Assembly: GCA_051294375.1 (NCBI GenBank) | Contig: JBJCIZ010000744.1 | Coordinates: 1,540,262 to 1,604,261 of the forward strand | DNA: 64,000 nucleotides | Direction of reading: 5' to 3' | Origin: Paraspadella gotoi | Lineage: Eukaryota; Animalia; Chaetognatha | Shown here: positions 51,401 to 61,723 of the stretch, one piece after another | Numbering within the stretch: position 1 is the first letter of the stretch | How the letters are laid out: every line of letters begins with the position of its first letter | Notes under the pieces: generated by a model | Database searches by the model: none | Seen by the model: only the letters and a program-made list of their open reading frames with translations | What the model was told of the DNA's origin: nothing | Position numbers and translations under genes: made by a program

Positions 51401-53639
51401 CTCCCTACCTCCCCCCCCTTCGACAGGAAGTTCACGTTCGCGTGGCCTTCGCGCAAAACGTTTCGTCTTTGGCGGAATCCGCGATGCGATTTTTGGAGAT
51501 GGATCATCGGGTGAGACTGTGATTTGCATTGCCCCAAATCCTGAAAAACTTGTTTGCATATCGCAGTAATGATGAAAATTTGAAATATTCATTCATTGGT
51601 CGTCTTTTATTTTTAAAAAGAAGTGATTAGTTTTAATTGGATGTCATTTAAAGAATCTTGCTGGCCTTAAGATGGTGGTCCTCAAAAATGCGGCTTCTTT
51701 TTCGATTACTGCTTGAAAGCTTGAGCAGTTGGGATTGTATGGCAACAGCGTACGTTTTTTAAAAATCACATCCACCATCGTTCAGCCAATCCCATTGGCT
51801 CAGAGGGGGAACACCATCCTAGGCGTTGTGTTCCATCCACAGTCCTAACGACTTCCCTCTGCGTTGGCAAAGCGAGACCGTCTTAGGGTAACTGCGCCAG
51901 TGACAGGAGGCGTCACTGAGGGTGGGAAGACCCCAAAGCCAACAGTGAGATGCCCCATCCCAATCTGCATCACAGGCGACCCGGCTGTTGCCATAATCAA
52001 AATGATATCGAAGGCGAGAGGTCAAAAATTGATAAGGTTTAATTCGTCGATGCCTAGCTCGATAAAAGTATTGATGTCGCCACAAGAAAAAGAAAAATCC
52101 TCATTGCGATCTCCTTCGTTTAAGACTCGAGCGACGTCGCCCGACAAAGAATCTTCGCCGTCGTCTCCCGTGGCCGACGTGCCCCCGGCCGACGTCGTCG
52201 TCAAGGCCGTCGTCGCTCCTGAGGCCGACGTCCGAGCCCTTCACGACTTCTTTCAGGTGGAGAGGGGAGAGGTTGTACAAGTTGGGGTTTTTAGTTGCTC
52301 CGTGAGTACTCGCGGAGCTACTCTATATTCTATAAGTCACTTTTCGGTCGGTCTGTCCCACTTCCGTTAATAACGTTAATACGCATATAATTGTTAAGAC
52401 CAAAAAAAACCTCAAATCTAAGGGACTGCTAGCGCCGCCTTCAGGAAATCTTAAAACTATAAGGAAAGAAAATACTCGATGCAGTGCATGTCATAAATAC
52501 AAGGGNNNNNNNNNNTTTTTTTTACTCATGTCATGTCATATCATGTGATCAAAAGGAAAATAAAGTCACTGCGGCGCGACACCTTGTAATCACCGTTCTT
52601 GTTTCAAATATCTTCTCTCATGGGTTGTGTTAAAATTTCATTCTTATTTCCCCTTGCCCTCCTTTTATTTTTTTTTTTTATATCCCTCTTGTCTTGACTC
52701 TCTCTCACTCTCTCTCTCTCCCTTCCCTCCCCCAAAAAGAACAAAGTGGTCTCCCTCTTAACCGACTCCGACAACGCCGTCCGTCGCTCCGTCGTGGAGA
52801 ACGGCGTCTCTCGACTCTGCGTCTTCTTCGGGCGTCAAAAAGCCAACGACGTGGTGCTCAGTCATCTCATCACTTTTCTCAACGACAAGAACGACTGGCA
52901 GCTCAGGGGCGCCTTCTTCAAAGTCATCGCCGGTTCTGATTTTGAGGGGGGGGGAAGGGTTGTGTTGGGGGTGGGGAGTTTTTTTTGGGGTGCTTTATGG
53001 GTCAATGTTAAGCCGGAAGAAGAAATCGAGTATAAGTTCTGTAATATAATTAACGTTAGAATATCCCTGAGAAAAAATGTAAACAAATTTTGAGATTTTA
53101 TGTATTTATTTATTTATCGTATTTCCATTAATCATAGTTTTTTATTCAGAATTTTTAAAAACGGATTCTGGTAGAGCTTGAAAAAGAAATAAAAATTTGG
53201 AAATCTAGTAATGATATTTTTTATATTAAAATTAGCAAAAATTTTAAAAATTATGGTATGATGATGAAATATTGATGTGCTCTGTAAATGTTTGCTGTGC
53301 TCAGCGAATGATTGCTCTTGGACGGTTAATTATTTATTTTCTTTGAATTATATTAATTATTATCCACGCGTTGTTTAGGCGTAAGCGCCTACGTGGGCTG
53401 GCAGGCGGCGGAGATGCTGAAGCCTCTTCTCCTTCAAGGCCTCGGAGACTCCGAGGACGCCGTCATCGGGGAGACAATGAGGGCTTTGATGGACATGGCG
53501 GAAGCGGGTGAGAAATATGTTAGTAAATAAATATAAATATAAAGATGAATAGATAAAGAGCAGTCTGTATTGATGTTTTTTTGCGTTGAAACATCAGTTT
53601 TATTAAAATTTTGCAAACTTGATCTGAGAATTCTTTTCT

Positions 53640-53705
<66 letters not shown>

Positions 53706-56700
53706 CCCCTCTAGGTTTAATTCAAAAACCTTTGCTCCAAGATCTTCTCTCCGAAGTCGTTCCCTTCCTGTCTCACCCCAACGTCTGGTAAGTAAACTTT
53801 TCTCTCCTTACCCTTCACTAATTCTTACAAATACTATCAATTAAACTTTAAAAAAAAACCCTCTCCAAAATGCATTAAAATTAGTCTCTTGTCGAATCGA
53901 ATCTCCCCCTCCCACCCCTCCCACTCCCACGAAAGGCTCCGCCAAGGCGCCGTCGGTTTCGTGTCGGCGACGGCGTCGGCTTTGTCGGCCGCCGACGTCC
54001 ACTGCCTCCTTCTCCCCGTCCTCCGCCCTTTTCTCCGGCGCCAGATTCTTCGACCGCGCGAACCCTTTGTTCTCCTCTCGGTCCTCGTCGATCCAGTCCC
54101 GCAGGTTTTGTTTTTGTTTTTATTTTGTTTTGTTTGTTGTTGCGGTTGTGAACGTGTGATTTCTTTTGTTTGTGGATGTCGTTTGTAGTTGTTTTTTTCT
54201 GCGGATGCTGGTTTTTGTTTTGTTTTACCGCTCATCAGTGATTGCAAACTAGTGGTCGTGATAGTTTTGTTTATGGTTGCGAACTTTTGGTTGTTCGTTG
54301 TCGTTTGTGGGTTTTTGTTTTAGTTGTGGTTTTCATTGATATTTTTATTGTTTGTTGGAACTTGGAGCGAAACCCTTGCAGATCTTGTCATTTAATGACA
54401 GTTAATCGTCAACGTCCCTTGTCGTTTTTCACTTAGAGCGTCTACGATTGGATCGTTCGATCGACGGTGTCATTGGCTGATTTCATCGACCATCTGCAAG
54501 ACAGGCAATTGGTGCGGAACCTTACCCGACCAGGTTTGGAGAACGACAGATGTTCTTTTTCAATGTTGTTTTTTTTTTCGAGTTTGATTCAAAAGTTTTA
54601 TTTCTAATGATTTTTTGTCTCTTCAGGTCAAATCCCCGCCTACGGAGAACCAGAAGACGCCTCTCTCCTGCAATTGAGCCAGAAACTGGGCAATCTGGGG
54701 ATGACAGACGCCGTTGAGGATCAGATTCTGGGGATGAAGGTTTGTCTTTGTCGTCGTTAATATCGACGAATTGAGATGGAATCGATTCCATTGATTCTTC
54801 GCTTCCAAAGGATTTCTTGCTCCGCCGCCATCGACACGAGCGTTCCATCCACAACGCGTTGCAAGAGGCCGGCGCCGCCACCGACGCCGCGGCCTCGCCG
54901 CCGCCAGCCGGCGTCATCAATCTGGCCAGGGTCGAGTTCGCCAACGTCACGAGGCGACACGCGGATCTCAACTCTCCAAAGTTTAGGTGTCGGGTGGAAA
55001 GACAAAGAAAGAAAGAAAGAAAGAAAGAAGAAAGGAAAGAAAGAAAGAAAGAAAGAAGAAAAGAAAGAAAGAAAGAAAATTTGTACGCCTAATTTTCAAA
55101 CTAGTTTGCCTTGTAGTCAATTCTTAAAATATTCCCACGAAGCCGCAATTCACTTCAATATGCAAATGAGATTAACGTATACTTTTTATTGTTAGTGAGC
55201 GATCGGGCGGCGGCGTTCGTCCCGGATCTCGTCGAAGCCGATCTCCTCTTCCCAACGGATCGTCGGGCGATGGAAGGGACGGATCTCATCTCGAGGATGG
55301 GAGATATTTGGGTGAGGGTTAAGGAATGGGGTTAGGGGGGGGGAAGAGTTATAAATTAAGGTGAAGGGTTGGTTAAAAAGTGAAGCGTCAGGGGTAGGTG
55401 ACGAATGGTTCTTATTTTGTCTACTTTTTTACGTTTGAGCTCTCTCGTTTCATTTGTGATATTTAAGTTTCTCTCTTTCTCTTATCCTTCTTTCTGTTTC
55501 TCTCTTCTAAACCTAGGTGCGGTATATTCACTTATAGCATTGGAGACGTGTTTTAAAGTTTAGCTTCGTATACTGTTGCAATATAAACTAAATCATAACC
55601 AAAATATAAACATTTAAAATAAGCAAATATCCAAATATGAAAGTCGTATGTAAGAAACATCCGAAAAAGTAGGCACGAAAGGAAGCCGGAAAAGTATTCG
55701 TAAAGGACTGGACTTTACACACACACTCTCCCTTCCTCCCCACCCAACAGCCTCCTCCCCTCGCCTATCCTCTCCCCTCGGCGGCTCCGCCCCTAACCTC
55801 GCTCACGCTCCCTCCTCTTCCTCTTCCCCCGTCCCATCTTCCGCCCCTTCGCCGCGGCCCGCCCGCGACGGCACGCCCTCCACCCCGCGCGGCCGCGATT
55901 CCCCCGCCCCCTTGACGGGGACGACGACGTCGGCGACGCAGATCAAATATCCCGCGTGCCGTCACGACATTCACGCTTTGGTCATGGGGAGACGCGACGC
56001 TTTCGCCCGGAAGCAGGTCTGGATTTGGGAAGTCTCGAAGTGTGCTCTTTGAGTGGTGTCTTGATGGGGTTTTTGGGATTGAGACTCGATGGTGTGGAAG
56101 GTGGTTCTTGAGAGGTTTTTGAAAGTTGTTCTTTGATTGGTCTGGGAGTGGCTTCTTTTGGTTGGGTAGAATTTTTGGAGGGAGGGGAAAATTTTGAATC
56201 TGTCGAAAAGAAGAACAATGTTGCGTGGCGGTACATTCACCCCGCCTCATTGTCAATTATTAAGTAGACGATCCGACTCCCGATTTTTGAGTTTCTCTCT
56301 TTTGTAAAACAATCGAGATACGTTACTCGGAGGCATCGCCCCAAAAAAAAAAAAGAATATATGGATGACGAAGATTATGATACATGCAAATCATATTTGT
56401 CAATTGTGATAAGCAATTAGCGATGAGTCGTTGGGCACTTAAATCTCATTTGCATGTTGTAGTGTTTTAAATATGATCTAATAACTGTTAACTCTTTTCT
56501 AGAGTCAATATTATTGTTTTCGTTAGTGTGTTTTTCCTTGAAACCCCCCCCCTAAAAATAAAAATATCGGACCATATTTATAATCGTGATGGAATAACCA
56601 AAAATCGTCCTTGACATTTGATTCCATTTTGGACCGGAATTTTTCTCTAATCGACAGGCGACGTTGGATTTGTTGGAGAGTCGATTGAAGGAGACGAAGT

Positions 56701-57749
56701 CGCCTCCCGCAGGATGGAAGCCCAAAGGGAAACTCGTGGCTCACATTCACGAGCACAGGTGGGCGAAAGAAAGATTTTGATTGGTGGAGTAAACGGGTGT
56801 GGTTGTATTCAGGATGGTGAGGGTCGGTAAATAGTAAATAGTATTCTTCAGTCTACTTAGCGCCTTATACACATTTTTATTGGTGAAGTTCATTTTATGT
56901 TGTTTTTTTTTTCTCATTTACCCACCTTTTCCAATCTAACCCCCATCAAACATCCCCCACTTTTTACCCCCAGACTCTCCGTGAATAGAGTTATCCTCGA
57001 CTCGCCCCACAAACGGCTCGCCACTTGCTCCAACGACGGCTCCGTCAAACTCTTCGACGCCTCCAAGTTGGACGGGAAGAGCGCGACGAACCGTTCCAAG
57101 TGGACCTACAACAAGCAGGGAGGACGGATCAAGGGGCTCGCCTTTGTGCAGGGCGGAGCGGCGATCGCTTCGTGTTCGGGTAAGAGGTGGTGGAAGGTTG
57201 TTCATTTAAACTCATTTGCATGCAGCGCGCGCTTAAAAAGCGAGTATTTTCCAGCGCGAATAATTTGGTAGAAATCTAAAATACCTGCATGCGGCGACGA
57301 CAACAACAACAACGACAACAACCTCGACAATGAAACTGACATTTGACCAAGGTCAAGTTCCTGACCTTAAATCAACCTTACCTTGACTATTGTTTAGCGT
57401 TTTCCCTTATTTCTTACTTACCATTTTTTTGTCTTTTACCTTACCTCGTTTTTGAATGATTTCGATCATTACATGTCTTATCCTTATCCTTGGACAAATG
57501 TCAGTTTCATTGTCGAGGTTGTTGTTGTCGTCGCCGCATACACTTGATTTTTCTGCCGCCGAAAGTAGGCGTGGCTGATAGAAGTGGCAGCCAATGTCAA
57601 TGTAGATTATACTGCAAGGCATTAGAAGATTTTTAAAGAGTAATCAGAAAATTAATTCTTCTCGTTCTCTTTTCAGTAATTTTAAGCCAAGAAATGAATT
57701 TAAAAAAAAGTTAATCGTTTCAAGTCGTTCTTCCCAAATTTTATGTTTA

Positions 57750-57798
<49 letters not shown>

Positions 57799-58945
57799 CC
57801 TCTCTCCCCCCCCACAGACGCGAACTCGATCCACGTGATTCATACCGAGCGGAACTCGTTGTCCGTTGCCAAGGAGATCGAGACTGCGTCGGTGGGCGTG
57901 GTCGTTGACGCGCTCCGCTTCGACGCCGCAGCGCAGAACGTCGTCGCCTTCGCCACGGCCGCTGGAAAGATCGCGGGTGAGGCGTAGGAAGGCGCTTTTG
58001 CTAGGCTTGATCTTTTTAAAATTCATTGTTTGAAAACAAAAATAAACTTTTTTTTTCTCTCTCAATGTTTCTTTTACAATCCTTTTTTATTTTCTTCCCT
58101 CTCTCTTTTTTATTCCTTTCTTTTTCTTCACTTCAAAAAGGCTGGGATCTTCGCCAGCCAGAGTCCTCAACGGTCTGGTGCCTGCAGAACGACCCCCGCC
58201 TCGGCCTAGTGACTTCCATCGCCGTCGACCCCAAATCGGATTGGATCGCCGTCGGGACATCTAACGGAAACATCGTCTGTTGGGACATGAGGTCAAAGCT
58301 GGGGTCTTGACTTGTATTTTTGTTGCTCCGGTTGGTTCTACACGCCCCCGAGGCGGGTTACGGTGGGGATTGAACCCGGTACCTGGTGGTCAATAGTCAA
58401 TGGCTTTACCCAAAGAGCCACTGGGTCACAACGGAAGGAATTATACAGAAGGCTTCATATTAAAAGTCATTTTTTTGTGTTCTCTTTGTATGTCTTTTTT
58501 TTCTAACTGACAATCTTAAAAATCATCTTCCCCCTAACAACCCCTCTTCCAATCATCTTCCCCCTCACCCCTCCTCCAATCCTTTGCAGATTCCATCTCC
58601 CCATCGCCTCCATCGCTCATCCGACTGATGCCCGCGTTCGCAGACTCATCGTTCACCCGACAGGTTCGCCTTTATTGTCGGCTAACGACCAAAAAAAAAG
58701 ATAAATAAAATGATAATAATGTGTTTATACTCTCTCTGGTTTTAATCTACGGAAACTTAAAAACCAATTTTCTTGTACCAACTTATTAATTATGTCATAA
58801 TCATATTAATCGATTTTATATAATTTAATTATTTAATCAAATTTAATTTTTTTTTTTTGCTCATCAGAACCTTCCTGGATCATATCGGCGCATCAAGGGA
58901 ACAACGAGATTTCCTTTTGGGATTTGGAGACGGGACATCGACAGG

Positions 58946-58982
<37 letters not shown>

Positions 58983-61400
58983 AGTTGTAGTTGTAGTTGT
59001 AGTAGTAGTAGCTCCGGGAATTTTTCTTATTATTGTGCCGTCGCCATTTTCCCCCCTTTACTATATTTAATTCCGTTTAATTCCTTCTTCCTCCGCCAGG
59101 TGACGCTTTGGGCGTCGACGGCGTCCGCCCTTTCCCAGACGCAAGCGACGCATCACTTCGTCCAGGGAATGTATTGCGCCGCCGCCGACAACTACGCCTT
59201 TCTCCTCAGCGGCGGATCGGACATGCGCCTTCGTCTCTGGGACATCTCCAATCCCAAGGACTCGGCCATTGTCGCTCACGCGGCCAACGACCCCAGGGAT
59301 CGAGCCGCCGTTTCTTATCAGACCAAGATCATCGAGGGAACCTCCGTGCATCAGGTAGTCTCAATAATCTCATTTGCATTGTGGAGTATTTTCTCTTTTG
59401 ATTAGGGTTGCTCTCGAAGTATTTTGACGTTTATTTTACTCGTTTATTTTTGGGGAAAATAAGTCGATTCTTTTTTTTTGGCTTCGTAGGCGAATAGTTT
59501 GGTTTTTAGTTACCGGAAATTGGCGTGATTGCTTCCGTTGGTAGGGTATTGCACAAAAACTTTAGAAATACTAATTTTCTCATTCGATGGTTTTAAACCT
59601 TATATTAAGTCTAACGAAGTGTACTTTAATCGTTAATTCCAAGTTTGACTTTTAAATATTTGATTTACGCCAACTGATTTACGTCAATTTGGAGTAACGT
59701 TTCTGCCTCCATACTGCTGTCAAGGATATTCAACAAAAATTTTTGAAAACGCTTTTTTCTAATTAAGTATACATTGTTGTATTGGATTCAGATTTGATTT
59801 CTTTTTTTTTACGTGTTTGTTGGCGCTGGTGGCGTAAAAACTACGCCAAAACGTATTATTTCCTAATTACATATGTGGCGTTAATGATTTTTCCAAAAAA
59901 AATGTTAAAATATACAAAGTTAAATAATTGTAAATGTTTATATTTAAATTTTGAAAAGAATTGTGGCGTAAAATGGCGTGAAATGAAGGTAAATGAAGGT
60001 TTAATATGATATCATGATGTGGCGTAAAGACTTTCTGATTTTTTTCTAGTAAAAGCTATTCAGTTAAGTGGTTTTAAAGATTTATCTGGCCTCCTTTTTT
60101 ACAGATGTGGCGTAGAATGGCGTAAAATGGACAGAAAACCATATTAATATCATTTAATTTTGTGGCGTAAAAACTTGTTTTCATTTTCCAAATAAAACAT
60201 TAAGTTAAGATGCTTTGGCGTAGAATGGCGTAAATTGACGTAAAACTGAGCCACTTTATCCCCTTATCTCTTTCCCCTTCCTCCCTTTTCTTTTCTCCTT
60301 TATTTTTATACAATCTCCGATTCAAAGTCGATTATTTTTCGGTTTTGATTCTTTAAAATCAAAGAAAAAACGAATACCGAAAATAATTCTCAAATCATAG
60401 ATAAAAATAAACAAAGATACTAAACATAAAACCCAGTGGACCAATTTTAGTCAAAGTATCAGAAATTGTGGATCAATAATGGGTCTTTAGGTTTATGTTT
60501 GAAATTTGTTAAAAATAAAGACTATAATAAAGATAATACCCATTATAATTATTACAGGTATCATGTATATTAAGCAAATGAGGAATGATTGTAAGCAGAA
60601 AAAAGGCACGATAAATCTTAAGATCATAATAAATATATTATATCAGTTTCATACATATTGATGATTCATAGGCCTTAATATACAGTAGGAAATAATATAT
60701 AAAATGACTATCGCCAGAACTGCTGCTGGCGCATTTTTGCGCATCATTTTTGGGAATTATCAATGATATATACCTTGAGAGAAAATACATTTGCATCTCC
60801 TATAACCAGAGGTTTTGCGAGGAAAGCCTAGTTTTTGCGCTACAATAAAAAGAAATATTGCTTTCTGTACTATTCCAATATTTTTCTTATTTGAAAAATT
60901 CTTTTTCGGTTTTTAGTTAGAGTTACGCTTACGCTACCTATATTCAAAAAATAAAATTTTTCTTTTCACTATTTTCCATACAGTAAATATTTCAAAAAGC
61001 CTTGTTTTTTGGTATCAAATTCCCTATTATTTTTCGGCCGATAGAGAAATAAAAATTTCGTCGAATACTGCTAATCCCTACCGTTGGTCGCTGATTGTTT
61101 AAATTAATTGGAATATTTCTTTTAAGGGCGAAAAAAAAAGATTTTCTTCTTTCTTAGCTGATCAAGCTTTCCAGTCTCGAGTGGCCAATGCATCCTTCCC
61201 GTTATAATTTCTAGGAAATGTATTCGAAGCAACGCGGCAACGCCTCCGCCGACGACGGACCGCGCGGCGCCAGCGGCTCTTACCTCGACGCTCCGTCGCC
61301 CGGACACCACGACGTCATCACGGACGTCAAGGTTTGCCTCGGGCTGCAGAGTCTCGCCATCACTTCCTCACGGGATGGCGTCGTCAAAGTTTGGAAGTGA
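44835..61400 (+). CDS. PIK3R4: Phosphoinositide 3-kinase regulatory subunit 4 / VPS15 (pseudokinase-HEAT-WD40), 30 coding exons, intact
   Basis: Exons: 44835-44951 ([28 protein letters not shown]), 45209-45286, 45477-45625, 45869-45959, 46372-46547 ([23 protein letters not shown]), 47287-47363, 47513-47723, 49916-49957, 50027-50111, 50336-50657, 51040-51143, 51427-51510, 52125-52256, 52740-52932 ([28 protein letters not shown]), 53379-53507, 53715-53787, 53936-54104, 54437-54533, 54627-54739, 54811-54986, 55196-55311, 55751-56016, 56658-56758 ([15 protein letters not shown]), 56974-57179, 57818-57976, 58141-58291, 58590-58663, 58868-58944, 59100-59354, 61215-61400 ([21 protein letters not shown]). 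All introns are GT-AG with consistent phases. Confidence 0.97.
46693..46745 (+). repeat. ~55-bp dispersed repeat also at 62865-62920
   Basis: gactttggacaggctttggtggtttaaggcctccatcactcttacaagataat versus gacttttggacaggctatggtcgtttactgcctccaatcacgcttaaaagataat. Confidence 0.75.
47100..47230 (-). repeat. AT-rich dispersed repeat (octamer-bearing family), inverted relative to the copy in Rab23 intron 7
   Basis: Reverse complement of ~7022-7145 / 25175-25300 (..ttcctcaatctcatttgcatattgtcgtattttgattaagctttgataa..ctattacc.taaaggtttaatatta). Confidence 0.8.
47690..47877 (+). repeat. ~72-bp exon-end/donor repeat, two units; duplicated again with three units at 49427-49686
   Basis: Unit gaagatcgagtcgatagaagatggggatatc(a/g)ggtgggcgtggc..gatgggcagaggaggaagata. 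Both blocks end with ..tgactttttagggttgtcatat. Confidence 0.9.
49427..49686 (+). repeat. Second block of the VPS15 exon-7-end repeat (three units)
   Basis: Direct repeat of 47690-47877, separated from it by ~1.55 kb of AT-rich sequence. Confidence 0.9.
51792..51998 (+). mobile_element. SINE-like family B element with putative Pol III boxes
   Basis: A-box-like tggctcagagg (~51796) and B-box-like gtgttccatcc (~51828). Body shared with 39528-39615. The tail gagatgcc..atcac..gttgccataa is shared with family A. Confidence 0.6.
55003..55078. repeat. (GAAA)n microsatellite
   Basis: Imperfect GAAA run near the 5' end of the VPS15 intron. Confidence 0.9.
57289..57539. mobile_element. MITE-like foldback element with ~55-60 bp terminal inverted repeats
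   Basis: Left arm atgcggcgacgacaacaac..aacctcgacaatgaaactgacatttgaccaagg (57289-57352). Right arm ccttggacaaatgtcagtttcattgtcgaggttgttgttgtcgtcgccgcat (57488-57539). No ORF. Confidence 0.8.
58345..58430 (-). mobile_element. tRNA-derived SINE head
   Basis: The - strand reads gtgacccagtggctctttgggtaaagcc..ccgggttcaatcccc: an A-box-like element plus the same B-box as 63203-63218. Confidence 0.55.
58945..59010. repeat. (GTT)n grading into (GTA)n trinucleotide repeat that forms the splice donor itself
   Basis: acag|gttgttgttgtt...gtagttgtagtagtag. Confidence 0.9.
59660..60250. repeat. Degenerate ~143-bp tandem repeat rich in (G)TGGCGTAAA
   Basis: gtggcgt at 59875/60019/60162 and at 59963/60107 (spacings 143-144). 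Inverted tttacgtcaattt (59678) and aaattgacgtaaa (60232) lie at the ends. Confidence 0.7.
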
Positions 61401-61648
61401 AGGACGAAAACTATCGTCGAATGGAGGAAGTTGTTCGAAGTTTTGAAGTCGATGAACAACGATCGTCGGTTCATATATTACGTCAAATTAAAAATCGTCG
61501 CTTGGAAAGTAACTCGATAAACAATCACTTGTCACTTGTGGGTAAAGATTTGAAGTCGATTGACGAAACAATCGTCGCTCATTGGATGTTGGAGGTTTGG
61601 AAGTTGACTGATTCGATGGAGGAGAAGTCGTTGGAAGTTTGGGAATGC

Positions 61649-61723
61649 GAAGGAGGAAGGACTGAAGGAGGAAGGACTGAAGGAGGAAGGACTGAAGGAG
61701 GAAGGACTGAAGGAGGAAGGACT
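61649..61723 (+). repeat. 15-bp tandem repeat (gaaggaggaaggact) x5 in the VPS15 3' UTR region
   Basis: Perfect tandem units. Confidence 0.95.

Noticed and set aside
58345-58430. tRNA gene on the - strand
   Set aside because: It has A/B-box-like motifs but no acceptor or anticodon stem pairing, and it shares its B-box context with SINE family A.
58857-59405. Poly-Cys/Ser protein in the 182-aa ORF
   Set aside because: The Cys run is an intronic (GTT)n/(GTA)n microsatellite. The ORF merely runs into VPS15 exon 29.
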